A stretch of 60,223 bases of DNA, counting the filler. It is 7 parts of 7 records of this genome, joined end to end, with 100 filler letters (N's around TTAATTAATTAA, not from the genome) between each part and the next. Parts side by side here need not be neighbours in the genome. Positions count along the whole stretch, not along the records: positions 14,461 to 26,579 come from SRR2962707_3444; positions 26,680 to 35,382 come from SRR2962707_3445; 5 more parts are not named here. One strand, written 5' to 3'. The notes under the pieces were generated by a model. The model did not search any database, was not told the DNA's origin, and was given only the letters and a program-made list of their open reading frames with translations. Shown one piece after another: positions 20,601-33,516 of this stretch. Made by a program: the position numbers and the translations under genes. The stretch's first letter is position 1. Each line of letters starts with the position of its first letter.

Positions 20601-23600
20601 GCGTGGGCCAACACCTCCTCTTTGTGTTTCACCAGAGTGGCTTGAGTCAGGCGGATCAACGACTGCGTCAAATTGATCATGGATGTTGGCAATTTGCTCT
20701 TTGTGAAATCGAGCACGTAGTCAACCACTTTTTTGGTGTACTTCTTCATCAATCCAACAAGAATGGCCATTTGCTCCCCAAAGTCCTCAGCAAGTGGAGT
20801 CGTCAACCATGAGTCGATGAGCGGGTCGACACCGACGTGCACCTGCTCCATAAACACCATTCCGCACCGAGACACGGTCGCCGGGGACGCAACGGCCAAG
20901 TCTTCAACTTCAAACATCATATGCATCACCGAAGACAGCTTAATGCGCTCGGAGTTAGCGAGGCACAGTGTTTTGTTGTCGTCAAGCACTGTGTTCATGT
21001 TCTCAATCCAGACGGCATCGACAGGACCATCAAAAATTATCCACTTGCGTCGCGGCGTCCGCTCAGCCACGCATTCGCGCACAGACTTGGGAACAACGCC
21101 GTCGAACCATTCGCCTGACAGATCGTTGAACTGACCATACAGCTCGCCGGCGGTGATGGCTTTGGGATTCAGCGTGATGGTCTTGACTAGCTGGTAAAAA
21201 CCGTCTTTGTCGACCTCCCCGTCTTTCTTCAGCTGCTGAATGGCGCGCGCAAGAATTGTAACGTTGACGGTCTTGCCACTGCCGTTCTGCCCAACAACCA
21301 TCATGCCGTGGCGCACAAGCTGGGTCTCATGCACTTGAATGATTTTGGACACCAGCGATGGGACAACTTGATAATTCGCAAGGCGCAGCTGGTTTTCAAT
21401 CGCCAACTGCAATTTGCCATAGTCAACGAAAGGCACCTCCTCGCCAGGGAACAAGTCCTTGATGATGCCTGCAAACAAGGGTAAGTCGCGCTCAAGAAAT
21501 TTGGGAACGTTGGAGTCACGCATGGCGCGAATGAGGAGAAGGTCCTCTCGTTGCTCAGGCTCCTTGCGTTTCAATTGACCGGCACACACTAACACTGTTT
21601 TAACCGCGCGCATTCCAAAGTCATAGTGGTCCTGCTTGGACAGCTGTTCACTTGACAACTTGTACAGCTGGCTCATTTTGTTGGACAGCGGAAACGCCCC
21701 GGCAAATCCAAAACTGAACAGAATAATCTCTGCAATCATGCGATAATCCGGGACCATGCACGCAACCGGGCGGAAGAGTGCCGCGAGGTTGTCCGGAAGC
21801 TCCGTACGGCCGGCGTAGCCAGGGTTCATTGTAATGAACACGCCGAAGTTGTCGCCCTTCTTGATGATCTTGCCGTCGAATTCGAATTCAGAGACACCCA
21901 TGATAATTGCCCGCTGGATGGTGAGGATTTGCTGCGCAATGACAGACAGCACCTCAATATCGATGCGATTAAACTCATCAAAGCACGACCACGCTCCCGA
22001 CTGCACGAGACCAGAGAAGAAGCGGCCCATGATTTTGTAGTCAAGGCCGTCTGAGCAATTGAATACCACGCAATTAATAGCCAGAGCCTTGGCCAAATCT
22101 TTCGTCGTCTCAGTCTTTCCGGTGCCAGCTGGTCCAGCCGGCGCTCCGCCAAACTTTAGGTGGACGGCACCAGTTAGAGTCATGTAAATAATGTCCGTCA
22201 ATGGTGTAATCACGAGCCTCATACCGTTGCCAAGATACTCATAGGCGTAGAGAAACTCAGTGTTGGTCTGCTGAATGTACACATTATCTTCTTCGGCGTA
22301 CCAGTAGTATCGCAACTGCTTGTTCCAGCCAAAGTCGTTGGCAGAAGTGACATTTTTGGCAATTAAATCCTTCACCACTTCTCGGCCGTGAACATCGATG
22401 GTCAGAATCGCACCCATGAGCGTACGCTGCAGCGACGTGAGCTCTCCACGCACCATGCCGACCATGAAATCAATCTGGGACACCACGAAGTCAAAGAACT
22501 TTTGCACAGCTTTGGGATCTTCGGCCATGGCACGGAAAGCGTCCTCCGCAGCCTTGGAGAAATAAATTTGGTCTACCACAAGAACGACCATGGCAGGCGA
22601 CGCGAATAGCCACTCCGAGCGGTCGACGGGGTTGTCAACCGGATACTTCTGCCAAGAAGCTTTTGTTTCGTCGTAAAGGGTCTTGCACATCATTTCCTCG
22701 ATCTTAGACATCCAATACTCCACGCTTCCTTGAGCAACCACCGGCTCTGAGAACATCACCTTCTCTGCCTTGCCACCACTGATCATACCGAACATAGAGT
22801 TTGCGTTCTCATCCTCCTCGCCGAAAATGAGCGTGTTGATAGCGTCAAAACACTTGGACATGTGCGGCTGGACGGCCCGAGGATCGCGGGTCTGGGAAAG
22901 AATCTCCAACAGCTCATCGTTGGAAAGGAAGTAAAACCGAGGGAAGGCCGCTCTCTTTGTCTCCAGATATTCTTCAAGACAGCGTTGAATGTCCTCGAGC
23001 ATAGCGTTGGCCTGTTGAAGAGATGTCAACGTTTTCCGGCCAGTGGAGACGCATTCAAGCACCAATGGCTTTTTGTGCGTTTTGCGCATGAGCGCCTTGA
23101 AAGTCTTGTCGACGATCTGGAATTTCTTCGACTCTTCCGGCAACTGCTTCTTGATGTCCTCGGCGCCAAAGATGGTTTCGAGGTACATCCACGCCTTCTG
23201 GACAACTACCCACTCGTCGATGGTGTCCGACAACAGCGACAGCTTTTTGTACCAAGTCTCAATGTCTTCGCGCATTGTCATTACAAACCGCGAGCCGAGC
23301 ATGGACTGCAGCCCAACCATGTTGTCTTCAAGCTGGAGGAACACCTCGTCGAGACCTCCAAGAATGAAGAGGGACCGTTGATCGCGGTAGTTCAAAACTG
23401 TGAACTCCAGGGTCGCCCACGCCGCTTTGACCTCAGCCAATGCAGCCGTCAGCTGCCTTTCTCCCGAAGCAGTACCAGAGACGTCTGAGATGAAGTCCGT
23501 GAATTCTGGCTGGAAAATTCCAGCATGCTTTAGATCCTGCAGGCAGAAGGTAGCGTTGGGATTTCCGTCAAACCCGATGTGCTGGAAAATCTGCTGCCAG

Positions 23601-26311
23601 TGTTTGGGCTGAATAGACGGGTTTCCCAAGTCAGTGATGAGCGGCATTATTCGCTTGAAGGCTGTCGTCTGCTCGCGGAGCAGGTGCGTGATGGAGTTGC
23701 CAAGCTTCTTGTCGAGCGAAAACGCCTCCTTGCTTGTCAAAGCCACTGCTTTGTCGAGCTCCTCCACGTTGACATGCTCGCGGAAGTCTTGGGTCATCGT
23801 TGCAGCCTGCAGAGCCTGCCACTCGTCCACCTTTTCCCAAAGTGCTTTGCGCAACTCAAAAGTCTTCGTGAGTTGCGCATAGTTGACAAATTCAAATTCT
23901 GGAACCTTGAAGATCTGGCAGTACTCTCGGTAGCGCTCGATCTGCTGCGAAAGCTTCGTAAAGTTCTTTTCCGCACGCTCCAGATCATCAAACACCACTG
24001 CTGGGTTTGAAAAGTTTTCCGGATTCTCGTACTCGCCTGTCAAAAGAAGGGCCTCCTCTTCCTTGCACTTGTCTTCAACACCGCGCATTCGGAGCTGCAG
24101 GTCCGCAATTTGCTCAGCAATCTTTGCGCCTTTGAATTGGTTCGACTGTTGAGTACGAGCGCGGTAAACATCCTGAATCTGTTCAATCTCACGCAGCAAC
24201 ACTTTGTGGTCGGCAGAGAGCTTCACGTTGTGCTTTGTGATGAGCCCCTGCAAACTCTCGATGCCCGCAACCATGCCTTGCAGCTCGATATCTTTCTCGG
24301 CCAGCTCTGTCATTTTCTTGACGTACTCAGCGAATTGCTTGAGCGTCTTGGGCTCGTCATTAAGCGCGCCCATGCGCGCGCGGAATTCCTTGAGAACTTC
24401 GGTGCAACGCTCCAGTGCAAATTTTTTGAGGTAACCCTTGACATCGCCCTCAATTTCGTCAAGCAGAGGTCGAAGTGTCTTCTTGAGGTTGCGCGTCTCG
24501 ACATAAAGGATGCCAAGGACGTGCTGAGGCCGCAGATTGCGATCAAGGTTGTCATCCCAAATGGCGAGGCGTTCAAGGTCAGCTTTCAGGGACTCAACAG
24601 TGTGTTCCTGCTGCGCGTAGCCATCATGGTCCCACTTTTGATGATCGTCATAAATTGGGCGAACAATGTCGAACTGCTTGGTGTACGTGGCCGCATCATT
24701 GAAGTCACGGTGGATTGTGTTCAGCACATGCTGTGCAGCTTCGGCGTAGGCGGTCGACGAGTGCACAATTTCTCCAACGCGGGGAGCATCGGTAACCACG
24801 TTCATGATATGGAACTTGAATGGCGCGGTGTATACGATGCGCGGAATAGAGTCCAACATGAGCTTCGAATCAGCAGAGAGCTTGCTGAACATAGCGAGTA
24901 CCTTCTCAAGGGCAGGCGTGAACTCAGTCGCCGTGTCCGTGAAGTACACACCGATTTCCAAAAGGCCTGAGCGGTCACGGATGGCAGCAAGCGTTTCGAC
25001 AAACTGCGCTTGCCAGCCAATGGCGAGGTGGATCACATTTTGAACAACCATGTAGTCCACAAGGCGAATGAAGTTGCACAACAGCCCGTACTCCCGCACG
25101 GCAACGGCATGAGCTGCACGGCGCGCAGCCTGCTCCTGCTTGAGGTGTACGATGGATTTCGACTTGCGCGCCTTCTCGTCGAGGCCATCGGCAATCAGCG
25201 GCTCTTCGTCAAATTTTTTCATCGTAAGCATGGCGGACTCGCACACCTTCTTCACCACGGAATAGGCCTTTTCCACCACAGCCTCCAGGATCTTGGCAGC
25301 ATTCTGCGTTGCCTTGCCTTGGACGGCAGCAAAATTTTCTGTCTCAGATGACTCTTCTGAGGGATATGGCTTCTGCTGTTGCGGTTTTTCCAAATCCATC
25401 AAAGGCACGGTCTGGATTTCGGTAAGATTGGACTGGACTTGCAAAAGGGGCTCGCAGAATGTACGCCGCGCCAGGAAAAACGACTGCTCGAGGTTGTCGC
25501 GCTTGCGGCAATACACGCGGTACTTTTTGTATGTCGCCCACATCAAGAACGACTTCATGACCAGGTAGTTCTTGAAGAAGCGGATGTTGCCCACCACATT
25601 GAAGAGCGTCGACTCGCGTGTCCACTCCGGAAGAGGAACAAAGTTAGAAGGCTCGCCACCAACCACGTGCACAAGCCCGGCAGCGGACATGATGTAGTGC
25701 TCAGGGTTCACTTTCTTCGGGTGCACCCGAACCAGGTCGTAGGGTCGAAAGTTGAAGCTGCTCTTCGAGGCTGCGGCTGCGCTGTTGAAATGAATGAATT
25801 TCACAGGTGACTGATCCCCATGCAGTGCAAAAAAGGCGATGGCGTCCTCGCCGGTCTTGACCCCGGCGATGAGGGAGTTCGGGTCTTCATAGTTGCGGAT
25901 ATGCTCGGTGGCATTGGTGGCTTGCACCATGCTGAGGAGGTCGGGTGTGTTGAGCTGGGAGCTGTGCTTCCGTCGCTCGGCGCGCGATTTGTTAATCGTC
26001 GAAGCTGGGTTGGGAAGGGCACGGTGTAGCAACGAACCTTTCCCCGAGACTTTGCTCGAGGCCTGCGGTTTCAAGTGTGCCTTGGCAAAGGGAAGGTCGT
26101 AAGACTCGATCTCTTTGCGCTCGAAGTCGAAGAGGTTCGCCGCCGCGCGACCAGAACTGCCGGCGCCGCCGCTTTTCGACGACGACGTGGCAGACTTGGC
26201 AGGGAGCGGCCGCCGCCCTGACGCAGACGCTCCCTTCGCACCACCCTTCGAGCGCTTGCTCTCCGGGACATCTGACCCGCCGACTTTGAACATGACCTTG
26301 TTGGTTCTCAT
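14618..26311 (-). CDS. Axonemal inner-arm dynein heavy chain, DNAH6-like (eukaryotic, spliced, 3' partial). Exons 26311-16479, 16374-15280, 15167-14618
   Basis: P-loops GPAGTGKT, GQNGSGKT, GESGVGKS, GVGGSGRK; FPRFYFLSNDELLEIL; CFDEFNRI; RRWPLMIDPQGQAN. GT-AG splicing restores KNL/YNQR and GWNIQ/YPW; joined length 11478 nt stays in frame. Confidence 0.93.
15168..15279 (-). other. Spliceosomal intron 2 of dynein gene (112 nt)
   Basis: GTGCGT...TTCAG; removal restores the frame. Confidence 0.85.
16375..16478 (-). other. Spliceosomal intron 1 of dynein gene (104 nt)
   Basis: GTGCGT...TTGTAG; removal joins the 3406-aa and 463-aa ORF frames. Confidence 0.85.
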
Positions 26312-26579
26312 TGTGATGACCGCAACAAAAAAAGAAATCGAAAACGACGACAGCTCAAGAGCTACGGCGGCGGCAGGACGCCGCGCCTGAAGAGAACGAA
26401 GAAGTCCGGCTGCTGCCTTGCTCTGCAACGCAGACGCCCTGCGACCCGCCCAAGGAAGGAGGAGCTTCGAATATTCTGCGGAAAGCGGCGGAGCTGGTTT
26501 CGAACTCGCGCGGGTACGCGAAGTTTCTTTGATGCCTCCAGAAAGAAACAAAAAAAAAACAAAAAAATCAAAAAAAAAA

Positions 26580-26679
26580 NNNNNNNNNNNNNNNNNNNNN
26601 NNNNNNNNNNNNNNNNNNNNNNNTTAATTAATTAANNNNNNNNNNNNNNNNNNNNNNNNNNNNNNNNNNNNNNNNNNNN
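26580..26679. other. Artificial contig linker
   Basis: 44 N + TTAATTAATTAA + 44 N. Confidence 0.99.
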
Positions 26680-26680
26680 C

Positions 26681-26995
26681 GACATCATGTATGGCGAAGG
26701 CATTTCCAAAACTGGCGAGCTTGTTGATTTGGGTGTTAAAGCTGGTGTGGTTGAAAAATCCGGCTCTTGGTTCTCCTATGACAGCCAGCGCTTGGGGCAG
26801 GGCCGTGAAAACGCCAAACAGTTCCTCGCTGACAATAAGGATGTGGCCGATAAGATTGAGCTACAATTGCGGCAGAGTGCTGGTTTGATCGCTGATCAAC
26901 TCTTGCATGATGATGAAACCGCGACAAAAGCCAAAAAAGGCGCAGATTTTGACGGTAGCGACGATGATCTCGATATCGCGGCCAATGGCGATTAA
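26681..26995 (+). CDS. recA: Recombinase A (5' partial)
   Basis: [33 protein letters not shown]...LGQGRENAK; upstream of alaS. Confidence 0.97.
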   Translation, partial: DIMYGEGISKTGELVDLGVKAGVVEKSGSWFSYDSQRLGQGRENAKQFLADNKDVADKIELQLRQSAGLIADQLLHDDETATKAKKGADFDGSDDDLDIAANGD

Positions 26996-27023
26996 TCGTA
27001 AAATATGAACGCTGAATGATTTT

Positions 27024-27058
27024 AAAGCCCGCTTCTTGCAAAAAGAGCGGGCTTTTTT
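27024..27058 (+). terminator. Intrinsic terminator after recA
   Basis: AAAGCCCGCT...AGCGGGCTTTTTT. Confidence 0.85.
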
Positions 27059-27219
27059 GTTCAGTTTGGCCTCATCAGGCGTTCAACAGCTAGACACTGA
27101 CCCCCAAAGTTGATTAATCAGACCACTTGGCGACAAGGCGAAAATAGCCATTGGTATTTTCCCTTGGAAACCATAGATATAAAACGAAATTAAAGAAAAA
27201 TATTGAGGCGGGTTAAGCC

Positions 27220-29880
27220 ATGAATGGCGTCAACGAAATACGTAAAACATTTCTCGATTACTTCGGATCGCATGGTCACGAAATTGTATCGTCGAGTTCA
27301 CTTGTTCCGCTCAATGACCCTACGTTGATGTTCACCAATGCGGGCATGGTGCAATTTAAAAACGTATTTACCGGCCTTGAAAAACAGCCCTATAGCCGCG
27401 CGACAACCTCGCAGAAATGCGTACGCGCTGGTGGTAAGCACAATGACCTCGATAATGTTGGTTACACAGCCCGTCACCACACATTTTTTGAAATGCTCGG
27501 CAACTTCTCTTTCGGCGATTATTTCAAAGAAGAAGCGATTACCCATGCGTGGAACCTGATTACCAAAGAATATGGTCTGGCCAAAGATAAGCTGCTGGTC
27601 ACCGTCTATCATACAGACGATGTTGCCTTTGACCTTTGGAAGAAGATTGCCGGTCTGCCTGACGAGCGTATCATTCGCATTCCGACTAATGACAACTTCT
27701 GGTCCATGGGCGATACCGGTCCGTGTGGTCCGTGTTCAGAGATTTTCTATGACCATGGCGATCATATTTGGGGCGGTCCTCCAGGATCAGCAGACGAAGA
27801 TGGCGACCGCTTCATCGAAATCTGGAATCTTGTTTTCATGCAATATGAACAGATTTCAACTGATGAACGCATCGATTTGCCAAAACCATCGATTGATACA
27901 GGCATGGGCCTTGAACGCATATCTGCAGTTATGCAGGGCGTACATGATAATTATGATATCGATCTGTTCAAAGCGCTGATCCGTGCGTCAGAAGAATTGA
28001 CCCACACCAAAGCCGAGGGCGACCGCAAGGCAAGCCACCGTGTTATCGCCGATCACTTGCGCGCAACCAGCTTTTTGATTGCCGATGGCGTGTTGCCGTC
28101 TAATGAAGGCCGCGGCTATGTGCTGCGCCGTATCATGCGCCGCGCTATGCGCCATGCGCATTTATTGGGCGCTGCCGATCCGCTGATGCACCGTTTGGTG
28201 CCTGCATTGATTACGCAGATGGGCGCTGCCTATCCCGAACTTGATCGCGCGCGCGCTTTGATCACCGAAACGCTGGAACTTGAAGAGACACGTTTCCGCA
28301 AAACGCTGGAGCGCGGCCTTGGCCTTCTTGGTGATGCGACCAAGGATTTGGTCAGCGGCGATGCGCTTGAAGGTGAAACTGCTTTCAAACTTTATGACAC
28401 ATTCGGCTTCCCGCTAGATTTGACGCAGGATGCGCTGCGCGCGCGCGGCGTTAGCGTTGATGTAGACGGCTTTAACACAGCCATGGAACGCCAGAAGGCA
28501 GAAGCGCGCGCCAATTGGTCTGGTTCTGGCGATGCAGCTGATGAAAAGATCTGGTTCTCATTGCGCGAGGAATTTGGTGCAACTGAGTTCTTTGGTTATG
28601 AAACAGAAAAAGCTGAAGGCGTTGTTCAAGCGCTGGTTGCTGGCGGCGCATTGGTCAATGAGGCGTCTGCGGGCGACGAAGTGTCAATCATCGTGAACCA
28701 AACGCCGTTTTATGGCGAATCTGGTGGCCAGCAAGGGGATCAAGGCGTCATTAAAGGCAACGGCTATGTGGCTAAAGTCACCGACACGCAAAAGAAGGTC
28801 GGCGGCTTGATGGTGCATATGTGCACGATAACAGAGGGTAAAGTCACCAAAGGCGCGGTGGCTGAATTGACGGTTGACCATGCACGACGTTCAAAATTAC
28901 GCGCCAATCACTCAGCGACACACTTGCTGCATGAAGCATTGCGCGAAGTGCTCGGCACCCATGTTGCCCAAAAAGGCAGCCAAGTGTCAGAAGAGCGTCT
29001 GCGTTTCGACTTTTCACACAATAAGCCGATCACCCAAGAGCAATTGGTTAAAATTTCAGACATCGCCAATGAGATCGTCTTGCAAAATAGCAAGGTCACA
29101 ACGCGCCTGATGGCCGTTGATGATGCGCGCGCCGCTGGCGCTATGGCGCTATTTGGTGAAAAATATGGCGATGAAGTGCGCGTTGTGTCCATGGGCACAG
29201 CAACCAGAGGCGATAAAAAAGGCAAAACTTATTCGCTTGAACTCTGCGGCGGCACCCATGTGACGGCGACTGGCGATATTGGCTTGACGCAGATCGTGGC
29301 TGAAACAGCTGTTTCATCCGGCGTTCGCCGCCTTGAGGCACTGACCGGCGAGGCAGCGCTTCATTATCTACAAGCACAAGATGACCGCGTGCGCAGCGCC
29401 GCTGCAGCGCTGAAAACAAGCCCTGCTGACATGGTTTCGCGTATTGAAGCCTTGGTTGAAGAACGCCGTAAACTAGAGCGTGAACTTACCGAAGCGAAGA
29501 AAGCCTTGGCATTGGCCGGTCCGGCAACGGGCGCGGGCGCGGGCGATGCGGTGCGCGAGATCAACGGTGTGAAATTCATGGGCCGTGTCGTCGAAGGCGT
29601 TTCTGCCCGCGATTTAAAGCCAATGGCTGATGACGCAAAAGCACAACTTGGCTCTGGCGTGGTTGCGTTTATTGCAGTTTCAGAAGACGGCAAAGCAAGC
29701 GTTGTTGTCGGTGTCACCGAGGATCTAAAAGGCAAAATCAGCGCTGTTGATCTTGTTCGTTTGGGTGCAGGCGCAGTGGGCGGACAAAGCGGCGGCGGTC
29801 GCCCTGATATGGCGCAGGCTGGCGGTCCAGATGGATCAAAAGCTGCCGATGCGATCGAGGCAATTGCTGCGGGCCTATAA
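27220..29880 (+). CDS. alaS: Alanine--tRNA ligase
   Basis: [63 protein letters not shown]. Confidence 0.99.
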   Translation: MNGVNEIRKTFLDYFGSHGHEIVSSSSLVPLNDPTLMFTNAGMVQFKNVFTGLEKQPYSRATTSQKCVRAGGKHNDLDNVGYTARHHTFFEMLGNFSFGDYFKEEAITHAWNLITKEYGLAKDKLLVTVYHTDDVAFDLWKKIAGLPDERIIRIPTNDNFWSMGDTGPCGPCSEIFYDHGDHIWGGPPGSADEDGDRFIEIWNLVFMQYEQISTDERIDLPKPSIDTGMGLERISAVMQGVHDNYDIDLFKALIRASEELTHTKAEGDRKASHRVIADHLRATSFLIADGVLPSNEGRGYVLRRIMRRAMRHAHLLGAADPLMHRLVPALITQMGAAYPELDRARALITETLELEETRFRKTLERGLGLLGDATKDLVSGDALEGETAFKLYDTFGFPLDLTQDALRARGVSVDVDGFNTAMERQKAEARANWSGSGDAADEKIWFSLREEFGATEFFGYETEKAEGVVQALVAGGALVNEASAGDEVSIIVNQTPFYGESGGQQGDQGVIKGNGYVAKVTDTQKKVGGLMVHMCTITEGKVTKGAVAELTVDHARRSKLRANHSATHLLHEALREVLGTHVAQKGSQVSEERLRFDFSHNKPITQEQLVKISDIANEIVLQNSKVTTRLMAVDDARAAGAMALFGEKYGDEVRVVSMGTATRGDKKGKTYSLELCGGTHVTATGDIGLTQIVAETAVSSGVRRLEALTGEAALHYLQAQDDRVRSAAAALKTSPADMVSRIEALVEERRKLERELTEAKKALALAGPATGAGAGDAVREINGVKFMGRVVEGVSARDLKPMADDAKAQLGSGVVAFIAVSEDGKASVVVGVTEDLKGKISAVDLVRLGAGAVGGQSGGGRPDMAQAGGPDGSKAADAIEAIAAGL

Positions 29881-29900
29881 GCCGCAACAAGAAAAACTGT

Positions 29901-30500
29901 TTAGCGGTTTTTAAAGCGGGTGAACGAGCGTTTCACCCGCACCCCTAAGAATAGAGTGGCGATCAATGCGCCGACAAACCAAGTGATATTGGCTAGAAAT
30001 TCGTCGATAGACGGGATTGAAGCGCTAAAGGCGTAGCCAAGCCCCAAGCAGCCGACGATCCACACAGTTTCGCCAGATACGCTCATGACCGAAAACCGGA
30101 GCCACGGCATTTTGGTCATACCGACTAGATAATTGACATAAGGACCAACAGGGCTAACCAACCAGCGGCTAAAGAACACGCCAATTGCGCCCCATTTGTT
30201 TGAATAGCGTTCAGCCCGTTCAATCATCGGGCCCCAGCGGGTCGCCTCAATACGGTCAAGAAGCTTTTGTCCACCGATACGCCCGACAATATATCCAAAT
30301 TGATCGCCGATAAGGGCGCCCAATATACACGTGATGAAGACATTGAGCGGGTCAACGCTGCCGTCAACCATCAATGCACCAACTGTTAAAAGAACGATGG
30401 TCGTCGGAACGGGAATAACGCCGGTTTGGCCTGCGAATATCGCTATAAATAGCACCGCAACGCCGTAAAGCGAGAACCAATTGAGCACGGTCTCAATCAT
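29901..30500 (-). CDS. DedA family membrane protein
   Basis: GALIGDQFGYIVGR, GVFFSRWL and hydrophobic helices. Confidence 0.88.
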   Translation of the reverse strand: MIETVLNWFSLYGVAVLFIAIFAGQTGVIPVPTTIVLLTVGALMVDGSVDPLNVFITCILGALIGDQFGYIVGRIGGQKLLDRIEATRWGPMIERAERYSNKWGAIGVFFSRWLVSPVGPYVNYLVGMTKMPWLRFSVMSVSGETVWIVGCLGLGYAFSASIPSIDEFLANITWFVGALIATLFLGVRVKRSFTRFKNR

Positions 30501-30859
30501 TGTGGCGGTTTCACCTGTTTATCGGCAATCAGGTCTTGGATGATATTCACAATGTCAAAGGCAGAACGGCCTTGTTCACGCGCAATACGCGCGATAGGCA
30601 AATTGCCAGGCGTATCAGCGTCAAGACCAATAGAAACTTTAAGTTGGTCAGGATCAATGTCCCAAACGCGCGAAATGTAATTGGGCGACATCCAAGGCGC
30701 GATATGCGGCAAGGGTTCAAGCCGCGAATAAAACACAACGGCTTTGAGGCCGAATAAAAGCGTTAAAACGGCCGCAATCGCAAAGACGGACGTGAGAAGG
30801 GGCCTGCGGCGCCAAATGGCCGCAAGCCCCCTTATTATACGTGTCGACTTAGCGACCAT
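30497..30859 (-). CDS. Hypothetical single-TM protein
   Basis: Fills the gap between icd and dedA with a 4-nt overlap; N-terminal TM helix, IAPWMSPNYI segment. Confidence 0.7.
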   Translation of the reverse strand: MVAKSTRIIRGLAAIWRRRPLLTSVFAIAAVLTLLFGLKAVVFYSRLEPLPHIAPWMSPNYISRVWDIDPDQLKVSIGLDADTPGNLPIARIAREQGRSAFDIVNIIQDLIADKQVKPPQ

Positions 30860-30864
30860 ATTGT

Positions 30865-32076
30865 TTATGCCATTGCTTTTTTAAGGTTCTCGTCAATTTT
30901 GTCGAGGAAGCCTGTTGTTGAAAGCCAAGGCTGATCTGGGCCGATAAGCAAAGCCAAGTCTTTCGTCATGAAGCCACTTTCAACCGTATCAACGCACACT
31001 TTTTCCAATGTGTCTGCAAATGCTTTCAAATCGGCATTGTCATCAAGTTTCGCACGGTGTGCTAGGCCACGTGTCCACGCAAAGATAGATGCGATTGAGT
31101 TGGTTGATGTTTCTTCGCCTTTTTGGTGCTGGCGGTAGTGACGTGTCACTGTGCCGTGCGCCGCTTCAGCTTCAACAGTCTGGCCGTCTGGTGTCATCAA
31201 AACAGATGTCATTAGGCCGAGTGAACCAAAGCCCTGAGCAACCGTGTCAGACTGAACGTCGCCATCATAGTTTTTACAAGCCCAAACATAGCCACCAGAC
31301 CATTTAAGGTTTGAAGCAACCATGTCGTCGATGAGGCGGTGCTCATACCAGATTTTCGCTTTTTCAAATTTTTCTTTGAATTCAGCTTGATAGATTTCTT
31401 CAAAAATATCTTTGAAGCGACCATCATAGACTTTCAAAATTGTGTTCTTGGTTGAAAGATACACAGGAACGCCGCGCTGGAGGCCATAGTTAAGTGATGC
31501 GCGCGCAAAATCGACAATCGATTCATCAAGGTTATACATGCCCATCGCGATACCAGCGCCAGGTGCATCATAGATCTCGTGTTCGATCTCAGTGCCATCT
31601 TCGCCAACAAATTTCATTGTTAGCTTGCCTTTGCCTGGGAATTTGAAGTCTGTCGCGCGGTATTGGTCACCAAATGCATGACGGCCAACAATCACAGGCT
31701 TAGTCCAACCTGGTACCAAACGCGGTACGTTTTGGCAGATGATTGGTTCGCGGAAAATAACGCCGCCCAAAATGTTGCGGATTGTGCCGTTTGGCGAACG
31801 CCACATTTTTTTGAGGCCAAATTCTACTACACGGTCTTCATCAGGCGTGATCGTCGCACATTTAACGCCAACGCCGTATTTTTTGATAGCGTTCGCAGCA
31901 TCAATCGTAATCTGATCGTTGCTCGCATCGCGCGCCTCAACACCCAAGTCATAATATTTAAGATCAATATCCAAATAAGGATGGATCAACTTGTCTTTGA
32001 TGAATTGCCAGATGATGCGTGTCATCTCATCGCCGTCGAGCTCGACGACCGGATTGGCGACCTTAATTTTAGCCAT
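30865..32076 (-). CDS. icd: NADP-dependent isocitrate dehydrogenase
   Basis: [47 protein letters not shown]. Confidence 0.99.
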   Translation of the reverse strand: MAKIKVANPVVELDGDEMTRIIWQFIKDKLIHPYLDIDLKYYDLGVEARDASNDQITIDAANAIKKYGVGVKCATITPDEDRVVEFGLKKMWRSPNGTIRNILGGVIFREPIICQNVPRLVPGWTKPVIVGRHAFGDQYRATDFKFPGKGKLTMKFVGEDGTEIEHEIYDAPGAGIAMGMYNLDESIVDFARASLNYGLQRGVPVYLSTKNTILKVYDGRFKDIFEEIYQAEFKEKFEKAKIWYEHRLIDDMVASNLKWSGGYVWACKNYDGDVQSDTVAQGFGSLGLMTSVLMTPDGQTVEAEAAHGTVTRHYRQHQKGEETSTNSIASIFAWTRGLAHRAKLDDNADLKAFADTLEKVCVDTVESGFMTKDLALLIGPDQPWLSTTGFLDKIDENLKKAMA

Positions 32077-32296
32077 GAATGCCTCGGTTTGCTTGTTATG
32101 TTGTCATGAAGGATGATGCATTTTGGCGCATATCCTTGTGGTTCCCGAACGGCTATAGCAAAGCCGCGAAGACCGCGCAAATGCTACACCCGCACAATCG
32201 GTAAGTTTCATCGAACTTATTGTATTCAGACGCGATTTTCTGCGTTATTCAGTGGGCAATATACAAATAAGTAAAACGACAAGGAGTAATTGAGCA

Positions 32297-33433
32297 ATGG
32301 AAAATAACATGAAACCCGTCGATGAAGATGGCTTGCTCGAATTTTCGGTGGTTTTTACCGACCGTTCTTTGAACTCTATGTCTAAGAAGTTTCAGGGCAT
32401 TATGCGCGAAATCAATGCGTTGCTTTGCGAAGTTTATAACGCCGATGTGGCTGTTATTGTGCCTGGCGGCGGCACCTATGGCATGGAGGCCGTTGCGCGC
32501 CAATTTGCCGCTGATAAAGATGTGATGGTGCTGCGCAATGGTTGGTTTTCTTATCGCTGGACGCAAATATTTGAAGCAGGTGACATTCCAAAACAGTCAA
32601 CTGTGCTCAAAGCACGCCAGATTGGCAATGAACATCCAGCGCCGTTTGCGCCGCATCCTATAGAAGATGTTGTCAAAGAAATTGAAGCTCAAAAACCGGC
32701 TGTCGTTTTCGCGCCGCATGTAGAAACATCCTCCGGCATGATTTTGCCTGATGATTATATTACGAAAGTGACCGAGGCAGTTCATGCCTATGGCGGGCTA
32801 TTCGTGCTTGATTGCATCGCATCTGGAACAATGTGGGTGGATATGAAGAAAACCGGCGTGGATGTGCTCATCAGCGCGCCGCAAAAGGGCTGGAGCGCAT
32901 CGCCGTCTTCTGGCTTGGTCATGATGTCTGAGCGCGCCATTGCCGCGCTGGAAGGCACGAAAAGCACCAGCTTTGCAGCCGATTTGGGCAAATGGCATCA
33001 GATCATGCGTGCCTATCTTGATGGTGGCCATGCCTATCATGCGACAATGCCAACCGATTCTTTGGCGGCATTTTTGGGTGCGATGAAAGAAACAAAAGAG
33101 CGCGGCTTTGATAAAGTGCGCGATGCGCAAGCGGAACTTGGCAAAAAAGTGCGAAGCCTAATGGCTGAAAATGGCTTTAAAAGTGTTGCCGCGCAGGGCT
33201 TTGAAGCGCCCGGCGTTGTCGTCAGCTACACCGAAGATCCAGCCATTCAGAACGGCTCAAAATTTGCCGCCCAAGGCATGCAGATTGCCGCCGGTGTTCC
33301 GCTGATGTGTGATGAACCTGCTGACTTTCGCACATTCCGTCTTGGCCTATTTGGCCTTGATAAACTTGGCGATGTCGATGCAGCGGTTGCGAAATTAGCC
33401 GACGCATTGGCCAAGGTTAAAGCTGCCGATTAA
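32297..33433 (+). CDS. Class V PLP-dependent aminotransferase (alanine-glyoxylate/serine-pyruvate-like)
   Basis: PGGGTYGMEA, HVETSSG, LDCIASG, SAPQKGW (PLP lysine), FRLGLFG. Confidence 0.9.
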   Translation: MENNMKPVDEDGLLEFSVVFTDRSLNSMSKKFQGIMREINALLCEVYNADVAVIVPGGGTYGMEAVARQFAADKDVMVLRNGWFSYRWTQIFEAGDIPKQSTVLKARQIGNEHPAPFAPHPIEDVVKEIEAQKPAVVFAPHVETSSGMILPDDYITKVTEAVHAYGGLFVLDCIASGTMWVDMKKTGVDVLISAPQKGWSASPSSGLVMMSERAIAALEGTKSTSFAADLGKWHQIMRAYLDGGHAYHATMPTDSLAAFLGAMKETKERGFDKVRDAQAELGKKVRSLMAENGFKSVAAQGFEAPGVVVSYTEDPAIQNGSKFAAQGMQIAAGVPLMCDEPADFRTFRLGLFGLDKLGDVDAAVAKLADALAKVKAAD

Positions 33434-33516
33434 TGTTGCCTTGGTGACATTCTTGCGCCTCACTATTATGAGAGGCGCAAGAGACCCTTAAAGCATTACC
33501 AATTGGACGAAATCCC

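Noticed and set aside
14361..26679. Dynein next to bacterial nirB and recA as horizontal transfer of a eukaryotic motor
   Set aside because: Separated by artificial linkers, and the gene has spliceosomal introns; it is a separate eukaryotic contig
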